NCBI GenBank assembly: GCA_039698055.1
Contig: JBDKTL010000016.1
Location: 1 to 64,000 of the forward strand
DNA: 64,000 bases
DNA from: Methanoregula sp.
GTDB taxonomy: Archaea; Halobacteriota; Methanomicrobia; Methanomicrobiales; Methanospirillaceae
Reading direction: 5' to 3'
Shown: piece after piece, positions 32,204 through 41,538 of the stretch
Layout of the letters: each line of letters begins with the position of its first letter
How positions within the stretch are numbered: position 1 is the stretch's first letter
The notes under the pieces: model-generated
The model's database searches: none
Told to the model about the DNA's origin: nothing
Seen by the model: the letters and a program-made list of their open reading frames with translations, nothing else
Position numbers and translations under genes: made by a program

Positions 32204-32706
32204 TGTTTGTCCCCGCTGGGCATATGAGCGGCAGCTCGGGAATTTTCTTCGATACTTTTGGTATAGAATAAATCAATAGATGAAAAGACCCGCTCCAGAG
32301 TGGCTCTTTCCTCCAAACTGAGAGGACCGATTTGTTTGAAGAGCCCATCACACTTCTCCGCATGGATCTTTTCATGATTATGGTACGCAATGAGTCCTTT
32401 GGGAGTCAGTTTCAGGAGAATCTCTTTGTCGTTCCGGACTCCCTTTACCTTCTGTACCAGTCCTCGTTTTGCCAGTTTCGTGATAACTTGCGATGCGGCA
32501 GAATGTGTCACTCCCGTAAGATCAGCAATAATCCCAATATTATTATCAGGAGTCATCCCGATTGCCTGAAGGGTATGCATCTCGGCAACATAGAGCGGTT
32601 CGGGAAGTCCGAAATCCCAGCGGGTTCTCTCAACGATATTTATCTTGTTCGAGACACGCATCAACATCTGATACAGTTCCGGCAAATCAGCGGGTGTTTG
32701 TTTCAT
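32200..32706 (-). CDS. MarR-family transcriptional regulator
   Basis: IADLTGVTHSAASQVITKLAKRGLV...NDKEILLKLTPKG. Confidence 0.88.
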   Translation of the reverse strand: MKQTPADLPELYQMLMRVSNKINIVERTRWDFGLPEPLYVAEMHTLQAIGMTPDNNIGIIADLTGVTHSAASQVITKLAKRGLVQKVKGVRNDKEILLKLTPKGLIAYHNHEKIHAEKCDGLFKQIGPLSLEERATLERVFSSIDLFYTKSIEENSRAAAHMPSGDKQ

Positions 32707-32735
32707 AGCTATCAACTGTCTGATCACTGGTTTGT

Positions 32736-32746
32736 TTAGTTACTAA
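32736..32746. promoter_or_regulatory. Candidate MarR operator palindrome
   Basis: TTAGT-T-ACTAA about 30 bp upstream of marR, next to an AT-rich TATA-like stretch. Confidence 0.35.
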
Positions 32747-33040
32747 TAAATATTTTACTGAAGTCTGGGTGATTTTCCTAGGATTTCCGGCATATCTCTT
32801 CGTAAGTTATTTGCAGTCTCATGATGATTTGCAGTGACCGTCCAAAATATTTATTAGATCCTAATCAAATTAGAATATACGCAATTGATTGAAATATACA
32901 ATCGCTTGTCGGGAGGAACGCTTCTTGAATACCATAAAAGTAATCGGTTTGATTGCCAGTCCTCGCGGAAGGAACCTTTTCGCCTATGAGTACGACTGGT
33001 ATACCCGAAACGGCTGGATGAAACAGGGAGGTTGAATGTG

Positions 33041-33877
33041 ATGAAGAGTATCGTTGCAGAAAAACTCAAACTGAAATACGAACCTACGGCAATCCTCTGG
33101 AGCAATACCAAGCCCGAAGGTGCGCTCCAGATAAAACCGCACGCGTATGCCTGCGTTATGATGTTCTTTGCGCAGGTGGCAGTAAAGGGAAAAACCGCGG
33201 TCTTCGACCGGGAAACCTACGGCTGTCCCGGGGCCCGCGCCGGTCTTGGTTTCGGGAACGGTTTTGACGGTGCATTCGGGGGAGAAGGCACGGATTTCGT
33301 GTGTGCGTTCCTGACAAAAGGGGCAGAAAGCAGCAAAAACCCCGAAGCCTATCGTCAGATGGTACAGCATGTCCCCGAACGTGAACGCCCGAAGTTCCTG
33401 TACGGCGAACGGATATACAAGAACACGGAACGCGCAACACGGCATATCGAGAATTTTCCCATCACGAATATTCCCGAGAAATATGTGATTTTCACTCCCT
33501 TAAGCAAGGTAAAGCCCGGTGACCATCCGGTTGCCGTTGTTTTTTTGGCAGACACCCTGCAGGTTACCGGACTTGCTACCCTTGTCGGATCGTTTTACGA
33601 GGGGCTGGATGCCGTTTATCTCCCCCCGGTGAGTGGCTGCGAGCAGATCGGGACCATGGTATACGAGGAAGCGAAACGCGAACATCCGAGAGCGGTGCTC
33701 GGATACACCGATCCCACCGCCCGGGAAAACGTCGGGAAAACAATTCCACGGAATATGTTCACCTTCGCTGTGCCGTACAAACTTTTCGAGAAAATGGAGG
33801 AGGCAGCACATGACGGCCTGTTCGAAAGCCCGACCTGGAAATCGATAACCAAAGACCCGGAAGTACCGGCCGGTTGA
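33041..33877 (+). CDS. DUF169-family protein
   Basis: ACVMMFF, YGCPGARAGLGF, SGCEQIG, RAVLGYTDPTAR, FAVPY. Confidence 0.8.
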   Translation: MKSIVAEKLKLKYEPTAILWSNTKPEGALQIKPHAYACVMMFFAQVAVKGKTAVFDRETYGCPGARAGLGFGNGFDGAFGGEGTDFVCAFLTKGAESSKNPEAYRQMVQHVPERERPKFLYGERIYKNTERATRHIENFPITNIPEKYVIFTPLSKVKPGDHPVAVVFLADTLQVTGLATLVGSFYEGLDAVYLPPVSGCEQIGTMVYEEAKREHPRAVLGYTDPTARENVGKTIPRNMFTFAVPYKLFEKMEEAAHDGLFESPTWKSITKDPEVPAG

Positions 33878-33968
33878 ATACACAGTTGGGGGATTTCCCC
33901 GGGTGCCCCGGAGGGATCCGGCAGGGGAGTTTCTCCAGCGGGAGCCTGATGTAAGGGAGTTGATTTGT

Positions 33969-35468
33969 ATGCAGGAGATTGTAAAAAAGATGATCACCGA
34001 GGCGATGGCTGCCCAGCACGCTGACGTGAACCAGATCAAAAAGAAGCGCGGACAGAATTTTGTCATTGATGACACGAAGGCCTATGTCGATGCTGTCAAA
34101 GGCATGAAACCGGCAGGAGAGCAAAGCAAGGCAGTCTTTGCCCTTCACAAGGATTCGGTCGATGCACACTACACGATCCTCAAAACCCTCACCACGACGA
34201 TCCGACCCGAAGACGACCCGTTTGTCGAACACTACCAGACGCCGGTGATCATGGAGATCCTGTATGACGAGGACCCGGAGTTCAGGAAAAGTGCGGATGT
34301 GTTCATTGAGGCGATCGGGAAAGCCGAGGCCCTGATCGGAAAGGAATCGGCCCGGCGCTACGCAGGATTCTACGGCCCGACCTGTGTCGTGGACTTTGCC
34401 CTGATCCCGGGCAGCAGCAGCAACATCGTCAATCAGATCCTCAAGACAACGAAGATCCCGACCGCCCACAAACAGGCGATCCTCGCAGCAAAATCGTGGG
34501 GCATGAACACCTCGTACGGGATCGGGGATGTCTTTGCCCACTCAGTGGAGAGCGGCGCGACCCTTGCCGATGCAGTCAAAAAAGAGATCGCGATGATCCA
34601 GTCCATCTACGAGACGCCGGTTGCGGCCCAGGCAAAACTCATGGACAGCGTTGGCCAGTCTTCGTTTGACTGCCGGAAGTACATGAAGGATTACCGCACG
34701 AAGATGACAGGAGCGGTAAAGGCCGCGATCGACGATGACGTCCACTACGGGAACATCGTGACCGTGCCGGCCTACTGCGTTGGCGACATCGCCCACCACA
34801 TCGCCCAGTCCACGTACAACATGTGCAAGGACGACGTGATCATGGCGGTCATTGAATCGGTGACCGAGGTGATGGACACGACCCTGCATGCCGCAGCGCC
34901 GAAGATACAAACTCCCAACGAGGTTCTTCCGCTCGCGACCGGGGCATCGGCAAGTGCTGCTGAGTACCTGCTCGAACTCGACGGGTTCAACGCGATCATG
35001 GTCGTGGACATGCTCACCAAGCGTTACCACAACTATGTTCAGCTCTACCCGAAGCGCGGGGCAGCCGTCGAACTGCACAACTGCGATTTCATGGACATGG
35101 TGTACCGGGGCTGGAAGCTCGTGGACAAGGCCCGCCGGATGCAGGCCGGGACGCCCGGGCTTATCACGCCCAAGGTCGGCGGGTTTGACGTGAACCTTGC
35201 ACCGATCTTAAAGAACGATGTGATCGCCAACCCGCAGCGGTACGCTTATCCTGCCTGTGCCATGACCGTGCGGTTCTCGGCGATGATGCGCCTTGCCGAC
35301 TACCCGTGCCTGCTCACGAGCGAACCGGTCACCGCGACGCTGATGACCAATATCATCGCGCTCAACAAGACCGTCGCCGCCGCCCCTGCCCGGATCTGCA
35401 AGGACTGCGCGTCTGCCGCCCTCATGGACTTCCGGCACTGCTCCTGCCAGTGGAAGGATGCAGTCTGA
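33969..35468 (+). CDS. DUF2193-family methanogen protein (C-terminal Cys motif)
   Basis: EAMAAQHADV, PEDDPFVEHYQTP, GFYGPTCVVDFA, CKDC...RHCSCQW. Confidence 0.8.
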   Translation: MQEIVKKMITEAMAAQHADVNQIKKKRGQNFVIDDTKAYVDAVKGMKPAGEQSKAVFALHKDSVDAHYTILKTLTTTIRPEDDPFVEHYQTPVIMEILYDEDPEFRKSADVFIEAIGKAEALIGKESARRYAGFYGPTCVVDFALIPGSSSNIVNQILKTTKIPTAHKQAILAAKSWGMNTSYGIGDVFAHSVESGATLADAVKKEIAMIQSIYETPVAAQAKLMDSVGQSSFDCRKYMKDYRTKMTGAVKAAIDDDVHYGNIVTVPAYCVGDIAHHIAQSTYNMCKDDVIMAVIESVTEVMDTTLHAAAPKIQTPNEVLPLATGASASAAEYLLELDGFNAIMVVDMLTKRYHNYVQLYPKRGAAVELHNCDFMDMVYRGWKLVDKARRMQAGTPGLITPKVGGFDVNLAPILKNDVIANPQRYAYPACAMTVRFSAMMRLADYPCLLTSEPVTATLMTNIIALNKTVAAAPARICKDCASAALMDFRHCSCQWKDAV

Positions 35469-35499
35469 TCCCCGCTGGGGAAAACAGGGGGGAAAGACG

Positions 35500-35712
35500 A
35501 TGAAATGTTACGTGTGTGCCCGTGAGGGAAATGACGCGGACGCGGTTGCCGTCTGCACGGTCTGCGGTATGGGAACCTGCATGAAACATACGATCCGAAA
35601 GGAGGTCGATGTCTGGGAGGGCAGCTATCCCCTCCCCTCCCGCAAATTGCCTAAAAAAATGCCGCGGATGCTCTGCCCCGACTGCAGCGAAGCGTACGGG
35701 GAGGGAAAGTAG
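35500..35712 (+). CDS. DUF2180-family small Zn-binding protein
   Basis: MKCYVC...AVAVCTVCGMGTCMKH...RMLCPDC. Confidence 0.8.
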   Translation: MKCYVCAREGNDADAVAVCTVCGMGTCMKHTIRKEVDVWEGSYPLPSRKLPKKMPRMLCPDCSEAYGEGK

Positions 35713-36453
35713 ATGGCATCGCTCTTCTCCCGCAGCCTTGCGGAAGGGGTAGGCACCCTCCTTTTGGTCTATTTTGGGACCGGGGCTGCCGTGATCACCC
35801 TGCTGATCGCAGCAGGAACAAAGCCTGCGACTACATTCAACGTCGGGATCGGACAGTTGGGGGGGCTCGGCGACTGGCTGGCGATCGGCCTTGTCTTCGG
35901 GATCGTGGTCGCCGCTGTGATCTGCGCGCTGGGCCGGGTCTCGGGCGCCCACATCAACCCGGCGGTGACCATCGCACTCTGGGCGACAAAACGGTTTCCC
36001 GCGAACGAGACTGTTGCCTACGTGATCGCCCAGTGTATCGGGGCTGCGGCAGGAAGCCTGATCCTTTTCCTCACGCTCGGGGCTGCTGCGGTAACGACCG
36101 GTGGCCTTGGGGCAACCTCGCCATTCCCGGGGATCGGGTACGGGCAGGCGATGCTTGTCGAAGGGGTCGCCACGTTTGTCCTGATGCTCGTCATTATGGG
36201 GGTCGCGGTAGACCCGCGTGCCACGCCGGGTTTTGCCGGCCTGGTGATCGGCCTTACCGTCGCCGGAATGATCACGATGGCCGGTAACATCTCCGGTGCA
36301 TCGATCAACCCGGCCCGCACGTTCGGGCCGTATCTCATGGAAAACCTTCTGGGTGGTGCAAATCTCTGGCAGTACTTCCCGATCTATGTGATCGGGCCTG
36401 TCGTCGGGGCGGTCACGGCAGCGTTCTTCTACGACAGGATTACGGCGCAATAA
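35713..36453 (+). CDS. MIP-family channel (aquaporin AqpM-like)
   Basis: SGAHINPAVT and SINPARTFGP NPA motifs. Confidence 0.93.
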   Translation: MASLFSRSLAEGVGTLLLVYFGTGAAVITLLIAAGTKPATTFNVGIGQLGGLGDWLAIGLVFGIVVAAVICALGRVSGAHINPAVTIALWATKRFPANETVAYVIAQCIGAAAGSLILFLTLGAAAVTTGGLGATSPFPGIGYGQAMLVEGVATFVLMLVIMGVAVDPRATPGFAGLVIGLTVAGMITMAGNISGASINPARTFGPYLMENLLGGANLWQYFPIYVIGPVVGAVTAAFFYDRITAQ

Positions 36454-36582
36454 AGAGAGACTGCACGTCCCCTTAAAGAAACGATGAAGAGTGTAGAATG
36501 GCTCACCGGCCCGAAGCGTCCGGAAAATGTATCCGAGCCAAGAGGCGGATAGGATTCCACAAGCACAAACGAAGGAAGGATA

Positions 36583-36909
36583 GTGATGAGATGCCCGGCA
36601 TGTTTCCCCGATCTCCTGGAACAATTCATGATTGCCTGCAACAACACGGAACACTGGACCACCGTGGAAGAGTTCCGCGAAAAAATGTCCCTTGACACAT
36701 CATCTGCCCTCGCCATTTCGGGATTCCTGCGCAGGCTCTACAATAACCCGACCGTACCCGGCAGGTATACGGTTGTACGGATTGAAAACGTGAAAGTTGA
36801 TCGTCCCTACCACCGGATCATCCGGCGCTACCTTGTCCGGGAAAGAGCAGTACACCGGCAGGTACGTGCCCCGGCGGGAGAAAAATGCCCCGGACAGATC
36901 CGGGAATAG
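36583..36909 (+). CDS. Hypothetical protein (possibly wHTH-like)
   Basis: WTTVEEFREKM...ALAISGFLRRLY...RRYLV. Confidence 0.5.
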   Translation: MMRCPACFPDLLEQFMIACNNTEHWTTVEEFREKMSLDTSSALAISGFLRRLYNNPTVPGRYTVVRIENVKVDRPYHRIIRRYLVRERAVHRQVRAPAGEKCPGQIRE

Positions 36910-37026
36910 CGGCACAGCCAGGCACCGATGAAAAGTGGTTGGTCAACAGATGGGGAACCGGATATTTTTGCGAAGTTTAGCTGGAATCGGGTAGAATTCA
37001 GAAAGTAAAAGACGGGAAGTGAAATT

Positions 37027-37764
37027 ATGGGACGCATTGAAGGAAGGGTAGCACTTATCAGTGGCGGTGCACGGGGCTTGGGCGCGACCAATGCCCGGGC
37101 CCTGGCGGCAGAAGGAGCGAAGGTCATAATCGGTGACACTCTCGAATCCGAAGGAAAACAGGTTGCAAAAGATCTGGGTCCCCGCGGCTGCTACGTTACG
37201 CTCGATGTTACTGAATCGTCTGACTGGATTGAAGCGGTAGAGATCGCAGAAAATACCTTCGGCCCGGTAAGCATTCTCGTGAATAGCGCAGGGATGGTGA
37301 GCCCTGCACCTTTTGATGAGTGCACAAACCAGCAATTCGGGGAAAGTATCGAATCCAACATTTACGGAACATTCTACGGAATGAAAGCCGTTATTCCCTC
37401 GATGAGAAAGGCTGGGGGTGGATCGATCATCAATATTTCATCCTTTTCCGGGCGGCGCGGGTATCCCATGGCACCGGGCTGCATTGCATCCAAATGGGGC
37501 ATCCGCGGCCTGACGAAATCGGCGGCCCTGGATCTCGCACGGTACCATATCCGGGTAAATTCGATTCACCTTGGACAAATCCTGACATCCGCGACAAGAG
37601 CAAACGATCTGGAGACCGGGCATGTGGCCATGAACCGGGCAGGCATGCCCGAAGAGCTTGCAAATGCCGTGCTCTTTCTTGCAGGCGATGAGTCCAGTTT
37701 CATCACCGGTGCCGAGATAGCAGTTGACGGCGGGGAAAGTGCGGGACTGGCAGACTGGGGATGA
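37027..37764 (+). CDS. SDR oxidoreductase (3-alpha/20-beta-HSD-like), catalytic Tyr apparently lost
   Basis: SGGARGLG, GSIINISS, GCIASKW at the YxxxK position, FITGAEIAVDGG. Confidence 0.85.
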   Translation: MGRIEGRVALISGGARGLGATNARALAAEGAKVIIGDTLESEGKQVAKDLGPRGCYVTLDVTESSDWIEAVEIAENTFGPVSILVNSAGMVSPAPFDECTNQQFGESIESNIYGTFYGMKAVIPSMRKAGGGSIINISSFSGRRGYPMAPGCIASKWGIRGLTKSAALDLARYHIRVNSIHLGQILTSATRANDLETGHVAMNRAGMPEELANAVLFLAGDESSFITGAEIAVDGGESAGLADWG

Positions 37765-37822
37765 GAAAGTCACTCAATTGTGAAATAAAATCATACTCGG
37801 AATAACACGCAAGGACACCTCG

Positions 37823-39361
37823 ATGACAGATGACATAACAGCGTCTATGGCGGCAGTCGAGCGATGGATTGGAAATCCGGTCTCGCGAGCCTGCCTCCGG
37901 TTTGTTGCGACGCATGATGAATGCGGAGACCGGTTGTCGAATGCAATCGATCTCTACCTGGGAAAGGAAAAGCATCTATGTTGGAAATGCAGGCTTGCCG
38001 GAAAGATTGTAGGGTATACCCTGAAGAAAAGCAGCCACCTGTTTGGCGTCAGCGACGCTGACATCAGGAAAGGACTGGCGGAACCGGTCTTCAAACGGGG
38101 GCTCATGAACGTGCTCAATGGCATTGCACAGTACGGGGTCACCCGGCCCCAGATCGTCAATGCACCGTTCCTGGTGGTCTGGGATTTTACCCACCGGTGC
38201 AACCTGCAGTGCAAACACTGCTACCAGGATGCCCAGCGGGCATTGCCGGATGAACTCACCACCGATGAGGCAAAAAAGCTTATCGACCAACTTGCAGACG
38301 TCGGGGTTGTCGTCATAGCATTCTCCGGCGGTGAACCCCTCATGAGAAAGGACTTCTTTGAGATCGCTTCCTACGCCCACGAGCACGATCTCTACGTCGC
38401 CCTTGCCAGCAACGGCACCATGATCACCCCGGAAGTGGCAAAAAGACTGCACGATACCGGCGTGGATTACGTGGAGATCTCCATTGACGGGAAAGATGCC
38501 GCACACCATGATGCCCTGCGGGGAATTGACGGTGCGTTCGAACGAAGCGTTGCCGGGATCCGGAACTGTGTAAAAAACGGGATCTATACCTGCATTGCCA
38601 CGACAGTAACGCAGGATAATTACGACCAGGTACCGGAAATCCACTGTCTCGCGAAAGATCTAGGGGTGACTCGCATGATCTGTTTCAATTTTAGCCCGAC
38701 CGGACGGGGTGTGGAGATGGCTGACAAGGACATAACTCCCTGCCAGCGGGATCATCTCCTCATGTTCATCTTGGTAAAAAACACACGCGGCCAGAAGCCT
38801 GAGGTGCTCTCCACCGCCCCGCAGTTAGCCCGGGTCGCTACCCAGAAAGTGGATTTGGGTATACCGGTGGGGCATTTCTATCTTGGTTCTGAATTGAGCG
38901 GCAGGGCCCGGATGCTTGCGGATTTTATCGGCGGATGCGGTGCCGGCAGGCTTTATTGCAGTGTCGAACCGCAGGGCGATATCCAGCCATGCGTCTTCAT
39001 GCCCATCAAAGTCGGGAATATTCGGAAGACACCGTTCCTTGAGATCTGGCATAATGCCGATGTGCTCAATAAGTTACGGGACCGCGATCTCCTGACCGGT
39101 AACTGCGGATCGTGCACGAACAAGTACATCTGCGGCGGCTGCCGTGCACGGGCGTGGGCGTATTTCCATGACCTGACAAAGCCGGATCCGGGATGCATCA
39201 GGAACACTGCAGTCTGGGATGAAATGATGGGACGGAGCGGGACTGTTACATCTCTGGTTAGTGACGGATTTTTCAATTCGGAGCAATTTGCAAATCAACT
39301 GCAGACGCAACAAAATCGAGCGAGGTATTCCCTAGGTAGGGATGATTACGATGGCCGGTAA
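37823..39361 (+). CDS. Radical SAM / SPASM domain protein
   Basis: CNLQCKHC, FSGGEPL, GCGAG..CSVEPQGDIQPC, CGSC..ICGGCRAR..DPGC. Confidence 0.92.
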   Translation: MTDDITASMAAVERWIGNPVSRACLRFVATHDECGDRLSNAIDLYLGKEKHLCWKCRLAGKIVGYTLKKSSHLFGVSDADIRKGLAEPVFKRGLMNVLNGIAQYGVTRPQIVNAPFLVVWDFTHRCNLQCKHCYQDAQRALPDELTTDEAKKLIDQLADVGVVVIAFSGGEPLMRKDFFEIASYAHEHDLYVALASNGTMITPEVAKRLHDTGVDYVEISIDGKDAAHHDALRGIDGAFERSVAGIRNCVKNGIYTCIATTVTQDNYDQVPEIHCLAKDLGVTRMICFNFSPTGRGVEMADKDITPCQRDHLLMFILVKNTRGQKPEVLSTAPQLARVATQKVDLGIPVGHFYLGSELSGRARMLADFIGGCGAGRLYCSVEPQGDIQPCVFMPIKVGNIRKTPFLEIWHNADVLNKLRDRDLLTGNCGSCTNKYICGGCRARAWAYFHDLTKPDPGCIRNTAVWDEMMGRSGTVTSLVSDGFFNSEQFANQLQTQQNRARYSLGRDDYDGR

Positions 39362-39528
39362 CATTGCCGGCGGGGTTGCTCAACCCGGCACGGACGTTCG
39401 GGCCGTACGTGGTGGACGGCCTGCTCGGCGGCGCAGATCTTTGGCAGTACTTCTCAATCTACGTGATCGGGCCGGTTTGCGGAGCGGTTGCTGCCGCGTT
39501 TTTCTACGACGGAATCACGATACAATGA
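39342..39528 (+). pseudogene. Frameshifted 3' fragment of a second aquaporin gene
   Basis: Aligns by eye to 36268-36453 (MITMAGNI..NPARTFGPY..LWQYF.IYVIGPV.GAV.AAFFYD). Confidence 0.8.
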
Positions 39529-39656
39529 TGGGGTGCGATTTTTTTTGTATTTCTTACAATAGTAACTTATTTTCACCCCGTTTTTCCCAAACGTTAAAAA
39601 ATCCGTCGTAATACACTGCTTGTGGTTCGTAAAAGAACCAAGGAGCTACCACAACT

Positions 39657-40160
39657 ATGGCAGATTTTGTACAGAGTGCAAACGTGAAGAGCGCGATCCG
39701 CAAGCTTGCGGAACCGATCGCTGATGTTACGGCGTTCAACGCGCTCGTCCAGTCGGTCATCACGTCAAACCCGTTTGCATGTGTCGCATATATGACCGCA
39801 GGGGAGAACAACCCGCCTGTCGAGAAGACCAAGGAAGGGTACACCGCGCGAATCGTCTATCAGGATACTGATGCAAAGACGGTCGGGACCGGTACTCACA
39901 AATTCGACACCCTCGCCGGGTATAACTCCGGGGTGACCGCGCTGCTTGCTGCTGCTGCGGTCAGCACGGCACACGGCGGTTCTGCGGCCCATGACACCGA
40001 CAAGGACACGTTCAGCGCGACCCTCAAGTGTCATGACCCGAACGGCGAACTTTACACGGTGAACTTCTCCCGCGACCAGCTCACCCTTACCTCCTATGAG
40101 GATGATGCAATCCGGACCAAGGTCGAGACCTGGGCGGACTCAGTCCCTGCTCTTGCCTGA
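39657..40160 (+). CDS. Hypothetical protein, 167 aa
   Basis: Clean ORF with AGGAG RBS; MADFVQSANVKSA...LKCHDPNGELY...ETWADSVPALA. Confidence 0.75.
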   Translation: MADFVQSANVKSAIRKLAEPIADVTAFNALVQSVITSNPFACVAYMTAGENNPPVEKTKEGYTARIVYQDTDAKTVGTGTHKFDTLAGYNSGVTALLAAAAVSTAHGGSAAHDTDKDTFSATLKCHDPNGELYTVNFSRDQLTLTSYEDDAIRTKVETWADSVPALA

Positions 40161-40244
40161 ACTTTTCTGACGAAACTACCCGGAGGGGAGGCGACCCCCC
40201 GGTCCCTCTCTTTTTGGTTCCCTCGTCGTTAACAGAGGACTCTA

Positions 40245-40409
40245 ATGGATATTGAAACGTTAGGGATTTTGCTGGGAGCCGTGCTTCCGATTTATCCTGT
40301 GTTGTTTACGATCCACCAGAAGATCGGGCAATATGATGAGATCGTCGAGGAGTTCAAGAGACTCCGGACGGAACACGAAAGTTACAAGGAGAAATACCAT
40401 GGAACCTGA
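40245..40409 (+). CDS. Small protein with N-terminal TM helix and charged tail, 54 aa
   Basis: MDIETLGILLGAVLPIYPVLFTIHQKIGQYDEIVEEF...; GAGGA RBS; overlaps the next start. Confidence 0.55.
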   Translation: MDIETLGILLGAVLPIYPVLFTIHQKIGQYDEIVEEFKRLRTEHESYKEKYHGT

Positions 40410-40881
40410 AAAAGCAGTGCAGCCGGTCGCGACGGTGACCGGCCTGTACCGGGGAAAGTTTGGCGGCCTTGAGCCGCTCACGCCGGATAAGCCGCTGACC
40501 CCGGAAGAAGTGCGTCGCAATCCCATTTTTTACGAGCTTGACCTTCACCCGGAACAGGGTGACGAGAACCTGATTATTGACTTGATTTACGACAACCTCG
40601 CACCCATCCGGTTGCAGGACCTGTACCGGGGAACCGATATTCCGCGGAACATCCGGTTCTGGCCGGACTGGTTCGACATTCCTCCCTACGAGGAGATGCA
40701 CGACATCGACGGCCGCCGGGTTTACCCGCGGGCCCCCGGGATCCACACGGTCCAGATCCGGACCGGTCGCCGGAAGTGGGCACAGATGGGCCGGGTCCGG
40801 GATTTCAGCCCGGAGAATGGCGGGTACACGAGCCCGGTCTTCGAGGTCCTGATCGCCAAAGGCGTGAATGCCAATGATTGA
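40399..40881 (+). CDS. Hypothetical protein
   Basis: MEPEKAVQP...RFWPDWFDIPPY...; AGGAG RBS. Confidence 0.65.
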   Translation: MEPEKAVQPVATVTGLYRGKFGGLEPLTPDKPLTPEEVRRNPIFYELDLHPEQGDENLIIDLIYDNLAPIRLQDLYRGTDIPRNIRFWPDWFDIPPYEEMHDIDGRRVYPRAPGIHTVQIRTGRRKWAQMGRVRDFSPENGGYTSPVFEVLIAKGVNAND

Positions 40882-41326
40882 CGGTTCGGCGGTTCACGCG
40901 TTCTGGTGCGGGATCCTGCACACGATCGGTGCGTTTGACCTGTCCGCGCTCACCGATGCGGAGAAGGTCGATATCGCCGGGCGGAGAACCTGGTTCTGGC
41001 TCGGCGAAGTGAGCGTGGCCGCGGTTCTGGCTGGGTTCATCGCGATCCCTGCGGGGATCTGGTTTGCCGGCCGGACCGAGATCTCCCTTGCATTCATCGC
41101 GGCTGCGGTCCTGTTCCTGCCGCTCTTTGTCTTCCTGCCGAAGCTGATCCAGCGCGGGATGAATGCGGACACCGATGCGGCGATTGACGCGTTCGGGAAG
41201 AATGAGCAGGTGAAGAAAATCTTCTGGGCGCTGTTCGTCGCGATGGCGGGACTGGTGCTGGCCCGGGTACTGGACCCGGCGACAGCTCAGCAGATTATCA
41301 CGCTCGTCACGTCGGCGGTGCCGTGA
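40868..41326 (+). CDS. Hypothetical membrane protein
   Basis: Three hydrophobic segments; overlaps the upstream gene. Confidence 0.6.
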   Translation: MPMIDGSAVHAFWCGILHTIGAFDLSALTDAEKVDIAGRRTWFWLGEVSVAAVLAGFIAIPAGIWFAGRTEISLAFIAAAVLFLPLFVFLPKLIQRGMNADTDAAIDAFGKNEQVKKIFWALFVAMAGLVLARVLDPATAQQIITLVTSAVP

Positions 41327-41411
41327 GGTTCTGGTTTTTCACCCGGAAAACGATACTGGTTTGGGTTGGGATGGTGATATCGTAGTGTCCCTTCGGGGAT
41401 AACTGGGTAGA

Positions 41412-41448
41412 CGGGTGGGGAGAGATTTCCTCGCCCGGATCTTTTTTG
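41412..41448 (+). terminator. GC hairpin followed by a T-run
   Basis: CGGGTGGGGA-GAGATT-TCCTCGCCCG then ATCTTTTTT, at the junction with the AT-rich operon. Confidence 0.45.
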
Positions 41449-41538
41449 GATTTTTCGGTTTCTCATTTGTGATTGGCATTACCATTTGAAAAGTTGTAAG
41501 TAGATATGAGATAGAATCACATTGAAGGAGGATTCTAT

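Noticed and set aside
35422-36654. 410-aa minus-strand ORF
   Set aside because: Antisense shadow of the DUF2180 and aquaporin genes
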